Source: Lingula anatina (taxonomy: Eukaryota > Animalia > Brachiopoda). Taken from it: 64,000 nt of DNA. The translations under genes and the position numbers were made by a program. The notes under the pieces were generated by a model, which was not told where the DNA came from, ran no database searches, and saw only the letters and a program-made list of their open reading frames with translations. Location of the stretch: the NCBI GenBank assembly GCA_051362555.1, contig CM120647.1:9300001-9364000 (forward strand), given 5' to 3'. This document shows, piece after piece, positions 25,333-40,549 of the stretch (the first letter of the stretch is position 1; the number at the start of each line of letters is the position of its first letter).

Positions 25333-27179
25333 CGGATGGGTTATACTATACTTATAAATATTGTGATGTTTTAATATCAAAAGAAAAATAATAATAAATA
25401 CCATTGCCATATCTTAAAATAAAGACAGGCAGGATTTTCAATATAAAGAAAAGCAATGGTGCGGAAAAATAAAGATTAAATAAAATTGAATTCAAAGAGC
25501 GTGCCGGAAGCTTAAAGGATAATTTATGTAATCTTTTTATTGTCACACATTTATCTTGATTGGCATTGTTACCGGTGTTCGTATTTCATCACTTTCTCTC
25601 AAAACAATGGCGAGAGATTTATTTAGGTCTATTCCCTAATTCTTTATACTTATTTTACGACTATCACTAAAGTCAACAGACCTCAAACATTTCTGAATTA
25701 TCTACTGAAAAGAGTAGATCTATAGGATCAAACTGAATAGATCTTAACCTTGATTTTTGAAGAATTCTAACTTTATTTTTTTAGTTATGTGTCCTGAAAT
25801 TAAAGAAAAAAATACAATGAACAACATGGGTGATCAAATCATATCTTTTATCAAATGAAACAATCTCGTTCCGATTCCCTCTCCAGTGGAGATGTCAATC
25901 AAACACAACAAGACCATGTGCTTGTTTTTTTTTTGCCTTGTATAAACTGACAAAGTACAAAAACAGAAGTCATAAAACCCTTAATCGCAGCGTCAATCTC
26001 GGCCACTCGTTGGTGCACTGTTCTTAGGAGGGCTGAAGAATCTGACGCATTCCCCAAACTACGGAGTCTCCGTTCACTTCTGAAACGCTTTGGAACGGTT
26101 CTGAACCTGTGCAAACTTTAACCCACCAGGTTCAGTTACGTCTGACGTCATCATAAGGGTCCAAACGGTGACTGGGTCATCTCATACCGGTGGATTCCCT
26201 GAGTATTCTCTCTGAGTAGATAAACCAAAGTAAATTTGCCATTATTTTGAAAAAGGTTTAAAGGTATTAATTGGAGCAAATGATTTGATCATTGGTATTT
26301 ATTTTCTTTGAAGAGGTTAAGAGACATTAATGCCCGCGAGAGGTGACTTGTGTCATCAAAAATGCTAAACGCAAAGGTGTGAGGGAGTTTCCAAGAAATT
26401 AGGTCGTCTGATGACGCCAATAAGACTGTGAGCGGGTCTAAGTCAGTCTAGAATCGTTCCAAGTTCACAGTATTAGCTGTGTGAACGGGGAACACGAAAC
26501 ATGCCACACAAAGGAAAGAAACAGGAATGTATTTGACAAATTGCCCGACGTGGTAGGGCTCGGAGAAGAGCTGGCTGCCAAGTCGAGCTGGATATTTTAG
26601 CTATGTAAAAGCCGGTTGTAGCAAGAAGTAGGGTATTTAGTTGTATTTGGACTGCGGCGCCGCCGAGGCGAGGGCTGGAAGTGCAAGAGAGAGATAGGAC
26701 CCGGCCCGGCTGCCAAAGCGAGGCTACTGTGTAAAACTAGAAAGAGGGAGGGAGGAAGGATGGGTGGGAGTGAAATTTCAATACAGAAAATATGTTCACT
26801 TTTCAGTTTCATTTTTGGAACCCCTAAACATGCAATTAGCACAATTTTTAAGCAAGTTAGCAACGTGTATAAGGCCCAATAAAGTCTTGGATGGAGAATA
26901 AGTGAGACTTGGAAGCAAAAGAGAGCAACTTGTATCATAAAGAAGTAGTTTGCAATTTGAAAAAAGGTGCACTTTTAATAGCAATATCTTTTTTTAAGAA
27001 AGAAAAGCATACGTAAATGGACTGGAGCGTACTGTATTCCATTTTGCATGTTAACGCATACTAAAACGAGTTTAAAATATTCAGAATTTTTCATTATGGA
27101 TATTTTCTAATACCCTTTTAATAAAATTCCATTCAGAATGAACAGCATGAAATAATTCTTTTACACACAAAAATAAACT

Positions 27180-27392
27180 CCGTCAAGCACGTGGTCAATA
27201 CCGCAGCTCACTGTCCAATGACGTTTTGAACAGCAGCCAACTGCTCTGGCCAATGAAAAATTACGTTACAACTCTCTTCCTTTCACCTTCCCTCAACAAA
27301 ATCTGCTGCTCCCCTCTCTAATACGCTTAAGTCAACTCTGAGCTGCACGAGACACGTGGACGCAGTAGGAGTGAAATAACAAAACCATTAAG
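27180..27392 (+). promoter_or_regulatory. Candidate distal promoter and non-coding first exon of GATA-A
   Basis: Two CACGTG E-boxes, two CCAAT boxes and TGACGT, then a strong donor AAG|GTAAGC at 27393; no ATG in frame with the GATA CDS. Confidence 0.35.
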
Positions 27393-30300
27393 GTAAGCAA
27401 ACTGTGCGTTAAGTGTAACATCCGACAAACTGACCATTAGGTTTTACCAATGACCATCAAGGACAGTTAGTTAAGTGGTCGACCTGCACCATGCGTTCTG
27501 CCACAATTAGGGCTAAATTTATCTTGGATGTGCTTCTTAATGGGCCGCGAGCTTGCAGAAGCCAGGAGAGCTGAGGATAGATAAGGGTCTCGATGTTAAG
27601 ACCCCGATTTGCGTCAGATTAGTTTAACAAATTGACAACCGATTGGCGACGTCATTGCGGTGAATTAAGTATCTATCGGGTGACCGCTGTGAATGCTGTG
27701 ATAGACGCAAACGGCTTTTAAGAAATAAAAAAGCGTTCTTCAATTAAGGGTGAAAAAAATTCATATTCCGATAGCTAAATGATGAGGTGGATATAAGGTC
27801 TCGCATTGCATTGCTTCTTTTTGTTGCCTTGCTCAGGCTTGATATGGACTAAAAAATGCACAATTGACTGTTTTTTGGAAAACAAATTGTTGTGCCTAAA
27901 ACAGTTTCGTTTTTTGTACTTATTTTGTTCATTGTTGTAAAAGCGAGCTCTTTTATCCCCTGTAATTACCAATCAGGTAAAACGAACACACGCACTAGTA
28001 GACGTTGTTCGCTGATGGCGTATTGATGGTTGTAAAATGTTTCCGGTAATTTCAGCACCAGTGTCATTTGCCGTTTTCTCTCCTCTCGTTTATTGGACAA
28101 AACACTAGGGTCACTTACTGTAAATAAAAAGCAGCTTGCTAGTTTGAGTGAATATCCCTCTTTTTGATTGTTTATTAATGACACTGGAGGAAAGAAAAGC
28201 GCCTAGTAATCACTGTTATAATTTGTTTTAGTCTCAGCTGCTTCTTTTTACAACCCCCCTCCCCCTCCTCACGTGCGTGTGGTCTTTGCAGAGGAAACCG
28301 TGGTAATATGGCGTTTGCTTTAAAAAGCCAACGTGTGAAACCTCTCGCTTGAGGTCAATGAAAATACCACGTATCAGTTCTTGGACTTAAGTGATAAAGT
28401 AATACACAATTAACAGTAACGTTTCTCATGACTGAAACTGTCAAAAGCATCGCAAAACGGGACTCGGAAATGTCAAACAGTTTTTCAAATAAACTAGGAG
28501 TATGCATAAAACAGTGGACACATATGGATGGTATTAGTCGTGATATCTCAGGTCCGTAGTCAAAAATTAAAAAAAAGGGTGGGGGGGGGGGGGGGGGGTC
28601 CTGAAAAGGGAGACCTTTTACCATGAAACCTGCGTGTGCCAGGGCAAATTTTTACCCAGAGCGGAACTTTTTCCGTCAATAAGGGCGAATCTCAACACCG
28701 GTCTGAGAAAAGCCATCAACCGTGGAGTCCCCAAAGTAAAGTTGGACATGATGTTCTCTGCAAGTGTTAAGAGAATGGTCCATTGTATACAGGGCAATCA
28801 ATCGAATAGATGTATATGAAGGTTAACACATATCTATCTAAGGCTATAGAGTGACCAATTAATTGCATACTTGGTTGGTTGGTAAACGGAAGCATAAATT
28901 TGAGCAATACTGCAGAACATCTCAAAAATATTCCGAAAAACAGTAGCGAACGAAACTCTATTGGGTGATTAAATGAAGCACACATTGTTGAATGTGTTTG
29001 TAAAATCAATGGCTCGCTCTCACATTAAGGTTTTACATGGTTTCTGCGTGTAGTTTAAAAACATACGAAGGACGCTGTCACATAACGTCATTTTTTCCCA
29101 ACAACTCTTGCCATTTGGCGTCATACGGAAAATGAACATGATTGGTAAGAGTTAGGGTCGTTTGTGTCGCAAGCGTGACTCGCTTCGTTTAGTTATAAAT
29201 ATTATCATTAATCTATTTCAGCAATGAGGGGAAATACATCTGAGTTGAGATTATTTGTATAAAGATGAAATATTTCAACCAAAGAATGGCTACCGCTAAA
29301 CGAACAGAGCTAAAATTTATTCCAGAATCAGTTGTCTTTATCGCGTTGCTGAAATGCGGAGATAAGGCCATCACTGACAATGACAGCTAAGGGCAAATGT
29401 TACACGGGAAATAGTAATATTGGGCTTGTGGTTTCAGAGATATTCAATAGAAGTAAGGGATATATCTTCGGTTCCTGATGTCGTCAGGAATCTAACAGTT
29501 TTTGGAAGTCTGCACTCTTATAAGCTGCACCTTCTTAAAACAAGTTAATCTGAATATGTCTCTTTTCAAAAATTCTGGAATTGCCAGTATAATGGCTGCA
29601 TAAAGCTATGCTGAATATATAACATAAGCATGGGCAGATATTGAAATATTAAAATGCCGAAAAAACTCAACTGAACATGAAAATAGCCTGTAAAAATGCC
29701 CAAAAAAATTCAAGAGAAGCGTAAAAAAAGAACAAAAACTAGGGGGAAGGGGCAAAGAATCCTTAAACATATCATTTGAAATAGTGTGGTTAGATAACAA
29801 TTTATTTCATCTATGAAATTGAAAAACGGGCAGGATATTTCTCTATAAAATGTATGGCGTGCTTTTGTATAATGTAGGACTGAAAATATACAGATAAAAT
29901 TTAACACCTTTGTGTGGCAAAAGTTATAGTACTATCGGGAGTGGATTGTCGTGAATTCACGTGAAAGTAACGTTTTATGACCGATGCAATTGCAAACCTT
30001 TGTCGTTGAAAGCGGTATTTTTTGTTAGCAAATTGTTCCTCGTTGCAGCATTTTGCCAGCTGCGCCAAAAAGTAACAAACATAGTTGTAAAAAGCAACGA
30101 TCACTGATGATGACAACCTTTTTTGTATTTTGATGAAAAAAACGTACTATCTCACTAAAGATTAGGCATTGCAAATAGCTAAACAATGTCGACACATCAA
30201 GATGATCGTTTCACGTATTTGGCTATTATCAAATCTGCTAAATTATTTTTCTCTCAGATTTTTTTTGAAAAAAATGTGTTCGATTATAATAATTGTTATT

Positions 30301-30769
30301 GCATAACAAGGAAAGGGGTGAATAGCTGACGTCCAACTTTTGATCCTCATTATTCAGGAGGGCAGGATGTAAAAAGCACACGACCGAACTATTTTTTCGA
30401 CAGCAAAAAGAAAGATTGAAAAAGAAATGCTGGATGAAATAATAAAATTTCTTTTTTTCCTCGTTTACTGTCTTACGGCTGAACACTAGTACTAGTGTTC
30501 CAGTTTTTCCTTTGGAAACAGCTACTAGGCACGTGCAAGTAGAAGCTGTATTTTTCTGCAGCTATTATCTATTTTTTCTACTTTTATTATCAGGGAAAAA
30601 GCAGCAGACAAAATATTATGATGAGAATTGAGAAGTACAGCTGAGGGTTTTTCAAAGATGCCATACAGGTTGATTTCTGTGAGTCAACCTAACACGAAAA
30701 TAATGACTTGAAATACGATGTCAACTGTTAATCCAGAAATGTACTTGGTGGTAAATAACGATCTAGACG

Positions 30770-30818
<49 letters not shown>

Positions 30819-33194
30819 GGGGGGGGGGGGGGGAGGAGGAAAAGATCTGAGAGACAGAGAGAAGGAAAGGAAACCATCTGAGAGAGAGAGAGAGAGAAAG
30901 GGAGAGTCGCTGGAGGTTTGTCCTTCATAACGCGTCAGCTTTTTATGCCTTACTTCACTTTGTTTTCATCTTCTCTTAGTTTAACGTGTACGTGACCTTA
31001 CAGCAGCTGGGAAGACGGTGTTGACGGGAGGTTCGTTTTCACAGAAAACATCAATATTCCCAGAAAGAAACAACCTCTTTGCGTGACTGTTTTTTATCTT
31101 CTTAAATAATGTTTACATTTCTAAAAACTTGATCGGACTCATTTGATACGGAAAACGTATTGTACAGGGGAAAGTGAGCTGCTCTATCGGCCCAACGCTC
31201 CTTGTCCATCTTGGTGATTTGTTTATATTCTGACTATTTCTACCACAGTTTCTTTTCTCCGAGTTGTTAAGTTAAGTTGTTAAGTGGATTCGTCTAGACG
31301 GTTCTGTAAACAAAAGACCCGTGGACTTCACTGCCAATTGCATGTTTTTAATATTACTGCTGTCCAAATAGAATGAAAGTTTTTAAAGTTGATGGGGGTA
31401 AGGGGGGCATGTAAGAGAGCACATACGTTTGAGCACGTTTGCACGTGCGCACGCTCACTGTCAGTTTTCCCCCAAAGTAAATGAGGGGGAAAATAGCCTG
31501 AAATTAGATAACTGCAATGCCCAGAAAAGGCACTTGTTATATTGTCAAGTTTTTATGTCTATATGTATGGGTAAATGCAGCATTCAAATACACCCAATAG
31601 CTCTCTTCGGAACAAATATATAGTTCGGAACAAATATATACCGTGCATACTGATGTGCTCCCAATTATAATGCTGGACAAATGCACTACTTCTCAAAAAA
31701 GGGTTAGAAGATAAAATAAAAATGACAAAATAATGCATCCTTGCCTCTTTTCTTGATTTCTCAGCTGTCAAAACACGACTTCCGTCAATGTTGATAAATA
31801 ATAACAACAAACATTATTGGTGTGTACTTTCATCATTCCAAGTAAAAAACTATGTGGTATTTTACTGTCCTAATTTTTAGGAAAATTGGTGTTAATAAAA
31901 ACACATCAACTGATTACTACGAAGGTTATTGTGGTCGCACGTGTAAAATTGGGTGGCAGACGCGCTTGAGTACACATAAACAAACGCGCGGGCGCGTACG
32001 CACGCATAAAAAATCAGTAACAATTTTCAACAATTATAAGATAACAATAAATGAGGAAATAACTGCACAGAAACTTACACTTAATTATCAAAACTTCCCC
32101 ATTCATGTAATGCATTCTTAAACTACTCTATCAATCACTTCACAAGTACTCAGATCTCAAAGAACAGTAGTTGTACACAATGTTACTTCAAATTTATCAA
32201 AATTTGTTACCGCTATCTGTTAAGAAGGCAAAATATCTGCACAGCGGCCTGTTAAGAAACCTATATCAGCTCTAAGACGGGGTTGGGAAGATAGTAGAGG
32301 TCAGTTGAATTGATCACACTTGCTGAGTTTATCTACTCAAAGCCCTATACTAGTATGTCCTTGTTAAGATAATAAGAAATGCACTTCAGCTTTAGGAGGC
32401 TGTTACGCGCGCGATCAACGACATATTTTTTGTTTTAAAATGGTCACTGATCGCGATCGGTTATTTACGACTTTATACACGTGATTTATCTTACCGAAAA
32501 AGTGAAATGGCGACAGGAAGAAAAAAGAAGAAAGGTCACGCAGTTTTTGTGGACTTTGATCTGACTTAACTTTGCAAACGTTGACCATTTGGATTAAAAA
32601 AGATATGAAGGAAAGAGATAAAAAATGAAGGAAGAAAATAACTATAAAACTCTAAATCCATGTATTTGTTATCAGAGCTTGATCCTATTGTGTAACACAT
32701 GCGCATGTTTCATCCGATTAAACCTTGAAATGTTTGACATTTTAACAAGGAAAGAAAAAAGGGGAAAACAAAGAAAGAAAAAAATTGAGGAAGAAATAAA
32801 GGGGGAAGTAAAAAAAAAAACTCAAAGTTTGCACGTTTTTATCAGAATGTGATTTTATTTTATGACTTCGCACATACGTGTGACCATACAAAGTGGTATT
32901 TAACGATAGAAAAAAAAAACAATCATGCTTAATCTTTTTGCGCTATTCACACAAAAAAGGTTGCAATGTTACACCTCGTACAATGAGCACTCAGAAAAAG
33001 GAAAAAAGGAAATGAAAAAATAAGACATTCAGAACCTTTGTCCAGTTCGATCAGATTAAGAAAATTGATATTGTTGTGTGAAGTATGGCTCGATAAGAAA
33101 AGTTTTCCTACGGACGCAACGCTTGTTTTTGTTTCCGACTCGAGAAACAAACGAACAGTGCTTATCAAAGAGAGGCGTTAAGTGTCTGTATATC

Positions 33195-33555
33195 TCACCG
33201 AGGCGCGTGCCGCGCGCTGGGACGCCCGGTGAGACGTTAACAACCTGATCTTACGGCTGGCCAGCCCCTCCCCGGGTCGGCTTGAAGAAACTGGGGGGAA
33301 ATTGGCGCGTGCGCTCAGCGTGCCCCGATAAGCACGATTTGTTATACAGCAGGGAAGCAGCGATAAGTTTCTTACGCTCTTCTGCCGAGGGCGAGCATTT
33401 TCATAAAAGGCAAGCGATCTTTGGAAGGACGATTTAGATATATTTAGATACTCCTTAAGATGTGTTACAATAGAATGAGTTGCTCTTTGGTCTGTTCGTT
33501 ATCAGAGGGGAGAAGAACCTGATCACGGTTGAGAACACAAAGCGATTAAAGACAG
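33195..33555 (+). promoter_or_regulatory. Candidate GC/CpG-rich promoter and non-coding first exon of GATA-A
   Basis: CpG-dense block with a CCCCTCCCC GC-box and two CGATAAG sites; donor CAG|GTAGGT at 33556. The coding exon begins at an acceptor (45094), so an upstream exon is required. Confidence 0.45.
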
Positions 33556-36500
33556 GTAGGTAGATGTTCGCAGGGATATTTTGGAGCTTTGATATATGTT
33601 AATATAGAATTATTTATACTTCTTACTCATTTGTATTTTTTGTACAGCGAAGTAACTTTTTAAGAAACTGTTCTGTTTTTGTCAAGTGGAACCATTGATG
33701 CGTTTGGGTACGACGCCAGTGCAAATGCACGCATTTGGAGTTTGGATAAGTTTCCTAAGTATTTGAAATGTATATGATAGACATTGGGGCCGGGTTATGT
33801 TACATGGAACATGCAGATTGAGGTTGATTTTGAAGAATAATCTTTCAATGAACTGTCTTAGATTTCACGACGACCGCAGTTTCAGTTGTAAAATTTGTAT
33901 TCCACTCTGCTAAAGAAAAAGAAAAAGAAGAGGTAAAAGCATTACCATAAGCGCTGTGATCTCCAAAAAGCATGCATCTCATTCTGATGTACATTTTACG
34001 ATTAAAAATCTATTTAAAAAAACTAAAAGAACACCTGATGTCAATGACAACTGATTGCCCGTTGTATATTTCCCTTTGTGGTGTTCATTATAAATTATAA
34101 AATAGTATAAACGTTTCAATTCCCTCACTTACTTCCCGTGTCACCTGAAATCTTTCGAGGCCTGACGTTTGCCCAACTGATGAAAACATTTTGCAGTTTC
34201 GACAGGAAACACCACAGGAAAATGATAAATAACAAGCTTAAATACTGTTTGCATGCAGTTATTACCAAAAACTTATTCAGACCAAAATAAGATTTAAGAA
34301 AATGGGTGGTGAAAATGAGTAGAACGTTGGTTGATGGCTACAGATGGCAATGAAAACTGGATTATGTTGGGGCTTCGTTCACAGCTACACAGGAAGCCAT
34401 GAGAGTGAATGGAAATATCTAATCACGGATTGCTCCAATGTATCTTGTCTGTACGGAGAAGAGAAGCGTCACTTCATTTCGATAACTGAGACGATCTGAT
34501 GATTGACAGTACCTGCAAACAAAGAAGCGTTCTTTCCTCTCGTGCTCCTAAGACCTGTCCTATCTTTACCACCAGCAAAGGTTAGAAGCAGACGACCCTA
34601 GGGAACAAACTGGTATATTTACTCACACCCTTCTCCAGTACATGTCAACATTCTTGGGGCCAGATATTTGTGATTCAATTAATAAATGAAGGACAAGGTC
34701 TAGCATCATTGACAATTTTAGTGCAGCCCTCTATCATTATTTTATCAATCGCCAAATTGAAAAAAGTCGACTATTAATTTTTTCACGTGGTCTACCCCAT
34801 ATAAACAGTAGCAAGCATTATGTATTTAAACTACACGTTAAATGTTACGTGTGTACAGGGATAGCTATTTCATTAAAAAAATTGAATATGAATATGAAAC
34901 ATTTTTCACTATATTTTTTGACCTGTGCGTTTAGACAATATAAAAGGAAAGCAGGACGATTTAAGACGATAAAAACTGCTCGAACTGCCCCTTATAATGT
35001 CCTGAATAGCCCCTCTGTTCGCCATCTAAACCCTCTTAATCCGACGGCAAACGATTGCGGTCGCCGAGTTTAAACATGTCGACATGAAACGCCGGGCGTT
35101 ACGTCTTGTTTGAGAGTCACTGGGTTTGGTCACTAGCACTTGAACTGTTAGCAGTTTTCTTTAAGTTGAGGATGGGAACGGTTGGGTTTGGGGATTTGGG
35201 GGTGGTTAAAAAGTGACGTTTTTGGTTTTTGAACCATCTTGTATTTTTCTTTTATTTCAGTATCAGTAGTGGATCACTCTTTTACACAATGCAGGAATGA
35301 ACTCTTTCAAAAATATATTTTCAAAAGGTTAGCTTTTTCATGAGAATGAATAATTTTATTAAAAAAAACAAAAAAAAAAAAAAAAAACAATGAAATGAAT
35401 CCAGGATTTTTCTTAATAATCCCAATTTTCTTGGACACACTGAGGTGATTGGCTCTCCTCCATTTTTCTTTGTCTAATTTAAAAGAATTTAAAGGAAATC
35501 GGCATTTTGGCAGATCGTCTGCACAATCTCGATTAGTACTCGACGCTGACAAGTTGGCATATAGTTCTACGCTGTCTGAATGGACGCTGCGGTCAGCATC
35601 AAGATTTTTAACACTTGGAAACATTTTTTGTCGGTGATATCTGCAAATACTAGGGTTTTGAAGAATTTAAGTGATATGGCCAAATCTGTCCGAGGAATGG
35701 ACAATACCTTTTTTTTTATTTTGAGCAATGCATGTGTGTGGGGAATTATTACTAGTGAACTATTGAGTGTGGATAAAGAAAATATGAGCAGGAACTGATT
35801 GTGTTCGAAATTGATATCCGAAATTAAATTACGTCTAAGAAAATATTATCTTTATAAAATATGCCAAAGTCTATATTTTTGATAAAGGACAAACAGTGGA
35901 CAGTACATGAATATTTTCAGGAATATACTATTACATACATATATGTTTTTTTTTTTGCAGAGGGTTTTGATTAAACATTATAAACTGGATTCTCAGTTAG
36001 TTTCATACCAGACATATCAAAGAAAAAATATAAAGTGAGCTTATAAGAATAAGAGAGGAAATAGCCTTGAGAAATTAGGAGAGCAAATTGCCAGAATATT
36101 TAAACTTATAGGGAAAAAACTTACAGAAAAAAACAAGAAAAACACAGTTACTCTGTAATCTACATCATTGTCATATTCAACACCACGAAGGAAAATCAAG
36201 CTTAAATCATATCTTGTTAATCAGACTTTGCGTGTAAAATGGCCACCTCGTATCAAATTTAATTAGCCAATTAGTGATGAACCTGATACGGTCTGTTGTG
36301 AGCTGTTACATGATGATAATAAGGACACTTGCCGCACGGTCTGCCGCCATTACGTCATGTCACGTGACGAAGCCATTTGTGACGTCTTACTGTATCTGTA
36401 TGCAAATATTTGGAAGTGTCTGGCCAATTAATGAATAAGTAAAGAAAAACAAAAATGAATTGGTGAATGGATAAATAATAACAAACAAACAAACAAACAA

Positions 36501-38013
36501 ACAAAAAACAAAATGTGAATAATTAACTAACATATAACAAACACATAAAATAACTGAAATATCATATACATGGACAGACGAATTTTAATAGATAACATCG
36601 TTATGTGATACAAAGTATTTCAATGAAACAATATTTTTATTATGGTGATGTAGCTTTTGTGGAATTCTTTGAGTACCAACACTGCATATTTGAACAACAG
36701 AACATCATAGAAACTTCAGTAGGTAGTCTAAAAAAGGCGTTCTCCAAAAGAAAGACAAGTCTTTTTGTCTTTGTCTGTACACGGGGTCTTGTGTTAGCTT
36801 TTACTTTTAGCACAATGTATAAAAACAGTAGAGGTGATATTGGCACGGGTTGATCCGTCCCAAATAACGTTATATTAACGCGGCGTTTGTTACGGAGTTA
36901 CAGCGATGTTTAGTCGTGCAGGTGAAACAGATTTTACAAGCGGATTAGCGGCGTTATGTAATGGGGATAGATAACGGCGAACGCACGCTGTCAATTTTAA
37001 GGGGGTTGATCGGTGGAGGTGGAATTGGAGGGGGAGGGCGCTTGTTTGAAGAGTATTGCTTATTTTTGGCAATTCCACCGTCGGTAGGTTTAAGGCATAT
37101 GCGTCTTGGTGAGTTTCACGGATTTATTATATTGTGAATGTTTTGCATGTTTAAGCTAATGAGATGTATAATTAAAGGAGAGAATTAAAGAAAATTTCGA
37201 GAAAATGTTTAAAATCAGCGACAACTACATTTTGATGATTTTCATCAACAAACAAAATTTTGCTTCCTCATCATAAAATATAATGTGCACACCAATTTAC
37301 TTTTATAAAGAGAACATCAATTATCTGTAACATTTTACAAAACATCGGCATTCGAATTTCACCCCATCTTCTATGACAACAAACATGTTTTCCCGCCAAT
37401 ACCTAAAAAAAGGTCGTCTGACATTCCAAAAAGACAGGCGCGGCCTTGTTTCTAGTACATTTCCAATAATTCCTCCACACTAAGTCTCAGCAAATATGTT
37501 TTCACCTGTTATTGTGTAACAGGGCGCCTGAAGGCTCGATATACCTGGGGACGCCCCTGTAAGAGCGGCTTTAGCGGCTCAAAGGTGAGAAAAGCAGCAC
37601 CCTGCCTTGTGTAATCACTGCTGGAACGATGATGCACGAGTGTGAGTGCGCGCGCGCGTGTGTGCATGTGCTTACGTGCACGCGTTTCTGATTTTATTTT
37701 CATAATCTGCTCTCGTTATTTTGTTTATTTAATAAATTAATTTTATTATTGAGTAGTAAGAATGGACGTTTTTGGGAGAAACTGATACACGTGTTAGAGA
37801 AGAGGAATCAAAGATTTTGATCAAAAATCATTCAATGGGGTGTGTGCACTACCACGCTGCCTGTGCATTTTAAGTTATTACCTTTACCATTTAGCCCCGT
37901 GTTAAGGATAAAGATAGCGTTCCATACTCTGTTCGGGACAACCGCTAAGAAAATCACTCAACTTTTCAATACAAACCAACTCACAACAATGTTTGTTTGT
38001 TGGCAGAGTCAGG

Positions 38014-38143
38014 TGATTTATTGCTGCGTTGATTTATACGCGAGCCCAGGGCAGTGCGACCGCGACAACCATTGGGTATTTATTGCCGTGTTGATTTATA
38101 CGCGACAGGACAGTGCAGTCACGACAGCCCTGGGATATTTATA
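38014..38143. repeat. ~62-bp imperfect tandem duplication carrying TGATTTAT motifs
   Basis: ATTTATTGC.G.GTTGATTTATACGCGA...CAGTGC...CGACA.CC.TGGG occurs twice. Confidence 0.75.
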
Positions 38144-40513
38144 TATCCCCCTGACCTCAGTTTCGATCTCATCTTTTTAAATTTTGTTAAATTTGCTGCC
38201 TTAGAACCGGATATGTGAAATGCTGATTTGATTAAATGATAACATGCTTTATGGATTTGATGTACTTTTATTTAGTCCTCTTTAACTCCTAAATCGTGGT
38301 TAATTTTCTCTAATCAAACGTGTTGATTAAGTTGGTAAAAGCTACATTTTGTGTGAAGTGCACTGGTCTGTAGTAATAAAATAAATATGTGGAATGCGTT
38401 ATAAAATTCTATTTAATACTTTTGTCAAATATTGCTGACACCAATTAAATTTATCACATTGGAAAAATTACAAGTAGCTTGAGTTGATTGAGAGACTCTC
38501 CTAAAGCGCTTAATCATTTTGATCACAAAGGGAAAACACGCCCACCCTGACACTCCAGTGAACATGAGAGCCTCCTCAAAAACTGATGGAAAGTATTCAC
38601 GATTAAATCATCTAGTAGAATTAGAGTCATATATATCATCTTGAAGAAAAACATACGTTGCTTTTAAAGAGACTAAAAAAGAAAGAACACCCCTGAATTG
38701 TGGTTAATTTGAAGGAAAACAAAGGTCGTGAATGAAGAGAGTTAACTCGAACCCTCTGAAACGCAGGGTGTACGCTTACATTAAGTCAAAATCAAAGGTA
38801 AATGAGGGTGCCAGGTGTTAAAGATGGCCGTGAGGACATGTTTGTTTATCCCCTCGTCACCTCCTCTTCACCCAAATTATAACTAACAAACCAAAGCTCA
38901 TAAATATTATGTTTGATAATTTCCAGCTATTTTGTTTGGTGTCTTTTAAAATAGTCCATGCTGTGTTGGTACAAATGTTTATGTGTTTCAAGTAATCTGG
39001 TTAAATTCTGTTTGTACATTTTATCTCCCAATATGTTACAATTGCCAGTCATTTGCTGTGGTATCTTTTTTAAAGCTATAACCACAAAACAGTTGTTACA
39101 TTTTTTTGGCTTGATAAAAACTGAATTTTATGATGGGCCTTGAATTGTTCATGTTTTTAGAACTTTCTGTCGGACTGTATCTATGACTGACTTCATTCTT
39201 AAAAAACATTACATGATTAGTAGGATTCATGTATAAAAATGGTGATAATGATACCAATGACAAAAATGACAATGAGTGCAATTTTTATCGCATTCACCTT
39301 GAATGAATTGACTTTCAGAGTATCATTTTTTTCTTGGTTGATCATCTGTTGTATTGGATGTAACTTTTTTCTCTTTTGGAAACGTCTGCGGTATTTTTGT
39401 TTGGGGTTTTTGTTTAGATAAGTAAAATGTGAAGTATTGTTTTAACATAGGTTAATATGAGTAAAAAGAGTTTAAGAATTTGATATCTTGTACAAGTAAC
39501 AGATGTATTTTTACAGCTTGGGGCGTGTGATATATTTTGTAGGTTCGTGTGCAGCTGAATTACTTCGTCGGTGACAATGTTAGTGCATAGTAGAAAGTGT
39601 GTGTAAACAGGAGAAAGTCAGATGAATTAAAAGGAAAGATTGGATGATAATTTGAAAAAAAAAAAAAAAAACAATACTCAAGATAAAAAATATTTTAAAA
39701 AAATATGTCATGTTCTGGACAGCGCAACTTACGAAACGTCTTAGACGAGAATCTGACAAATTGGTCGAGGTTTCCCTCGCAGATGATTGACACGAGTCGA
39801 AGACGCAATTAATAAAACCAAAACGCCAGACGAGCAAGGAACTCGGCGCCGCTCAACTTCTTAACCGTGTTACTTGTAACAGCACTGTTAATGACTTTGA
39901 ACAGATGTCCGCGGGAAGCCATTAGCGCATCGGCGAAACATCTTCGATTTAGAAACACATCCAAGCGTGATAATTTATTTGCAAATTGGCGTAATCTGCT
40001 GGTCGTGTTTCTGTAAGTGACGGGACTTACACAACCCAGCCATAACAGTGGCGTAACTTCAACAAGCTCGCACGGCGAGGGTTACGTTAACAGTCGCACG
40101 CGCCTTGTCAGTGTGAGTTAACTGCGGTAACAACAAGCAAAACGTTTCATTTTTGCCTGCTGCGCTAGGCCCGCGGTCTCGGATGTCTGTTACATATTAG
40201 GGAATATAAAAGCCTAAACGAACCCCTTTTTTAAAAAGAATATAACCTTTTATTAAATTGTTCTTGAGGAAGTGACAGTATCACATGTGTTAAATGGTTC
40301 AATACATATATAAACAAGAAGAAATGGGCATGGAAAATGCAGTTCAATTGTCGAATTTGTTAAAATAAAATTAGCTGCTATTGTGGTTTTCCATATAAAT
40401 AAGGAATTGCTGACGTTATGGTGAGGAAAAAGGAAATACTTCAAGACAATAACCGTGATATTTTTTAATTTCACCAGCTTTTTTTCTTGCTCAAAATTAT
40501 TCGATTAATCCTG

Positions 40514-40549
<36 letters not shown>

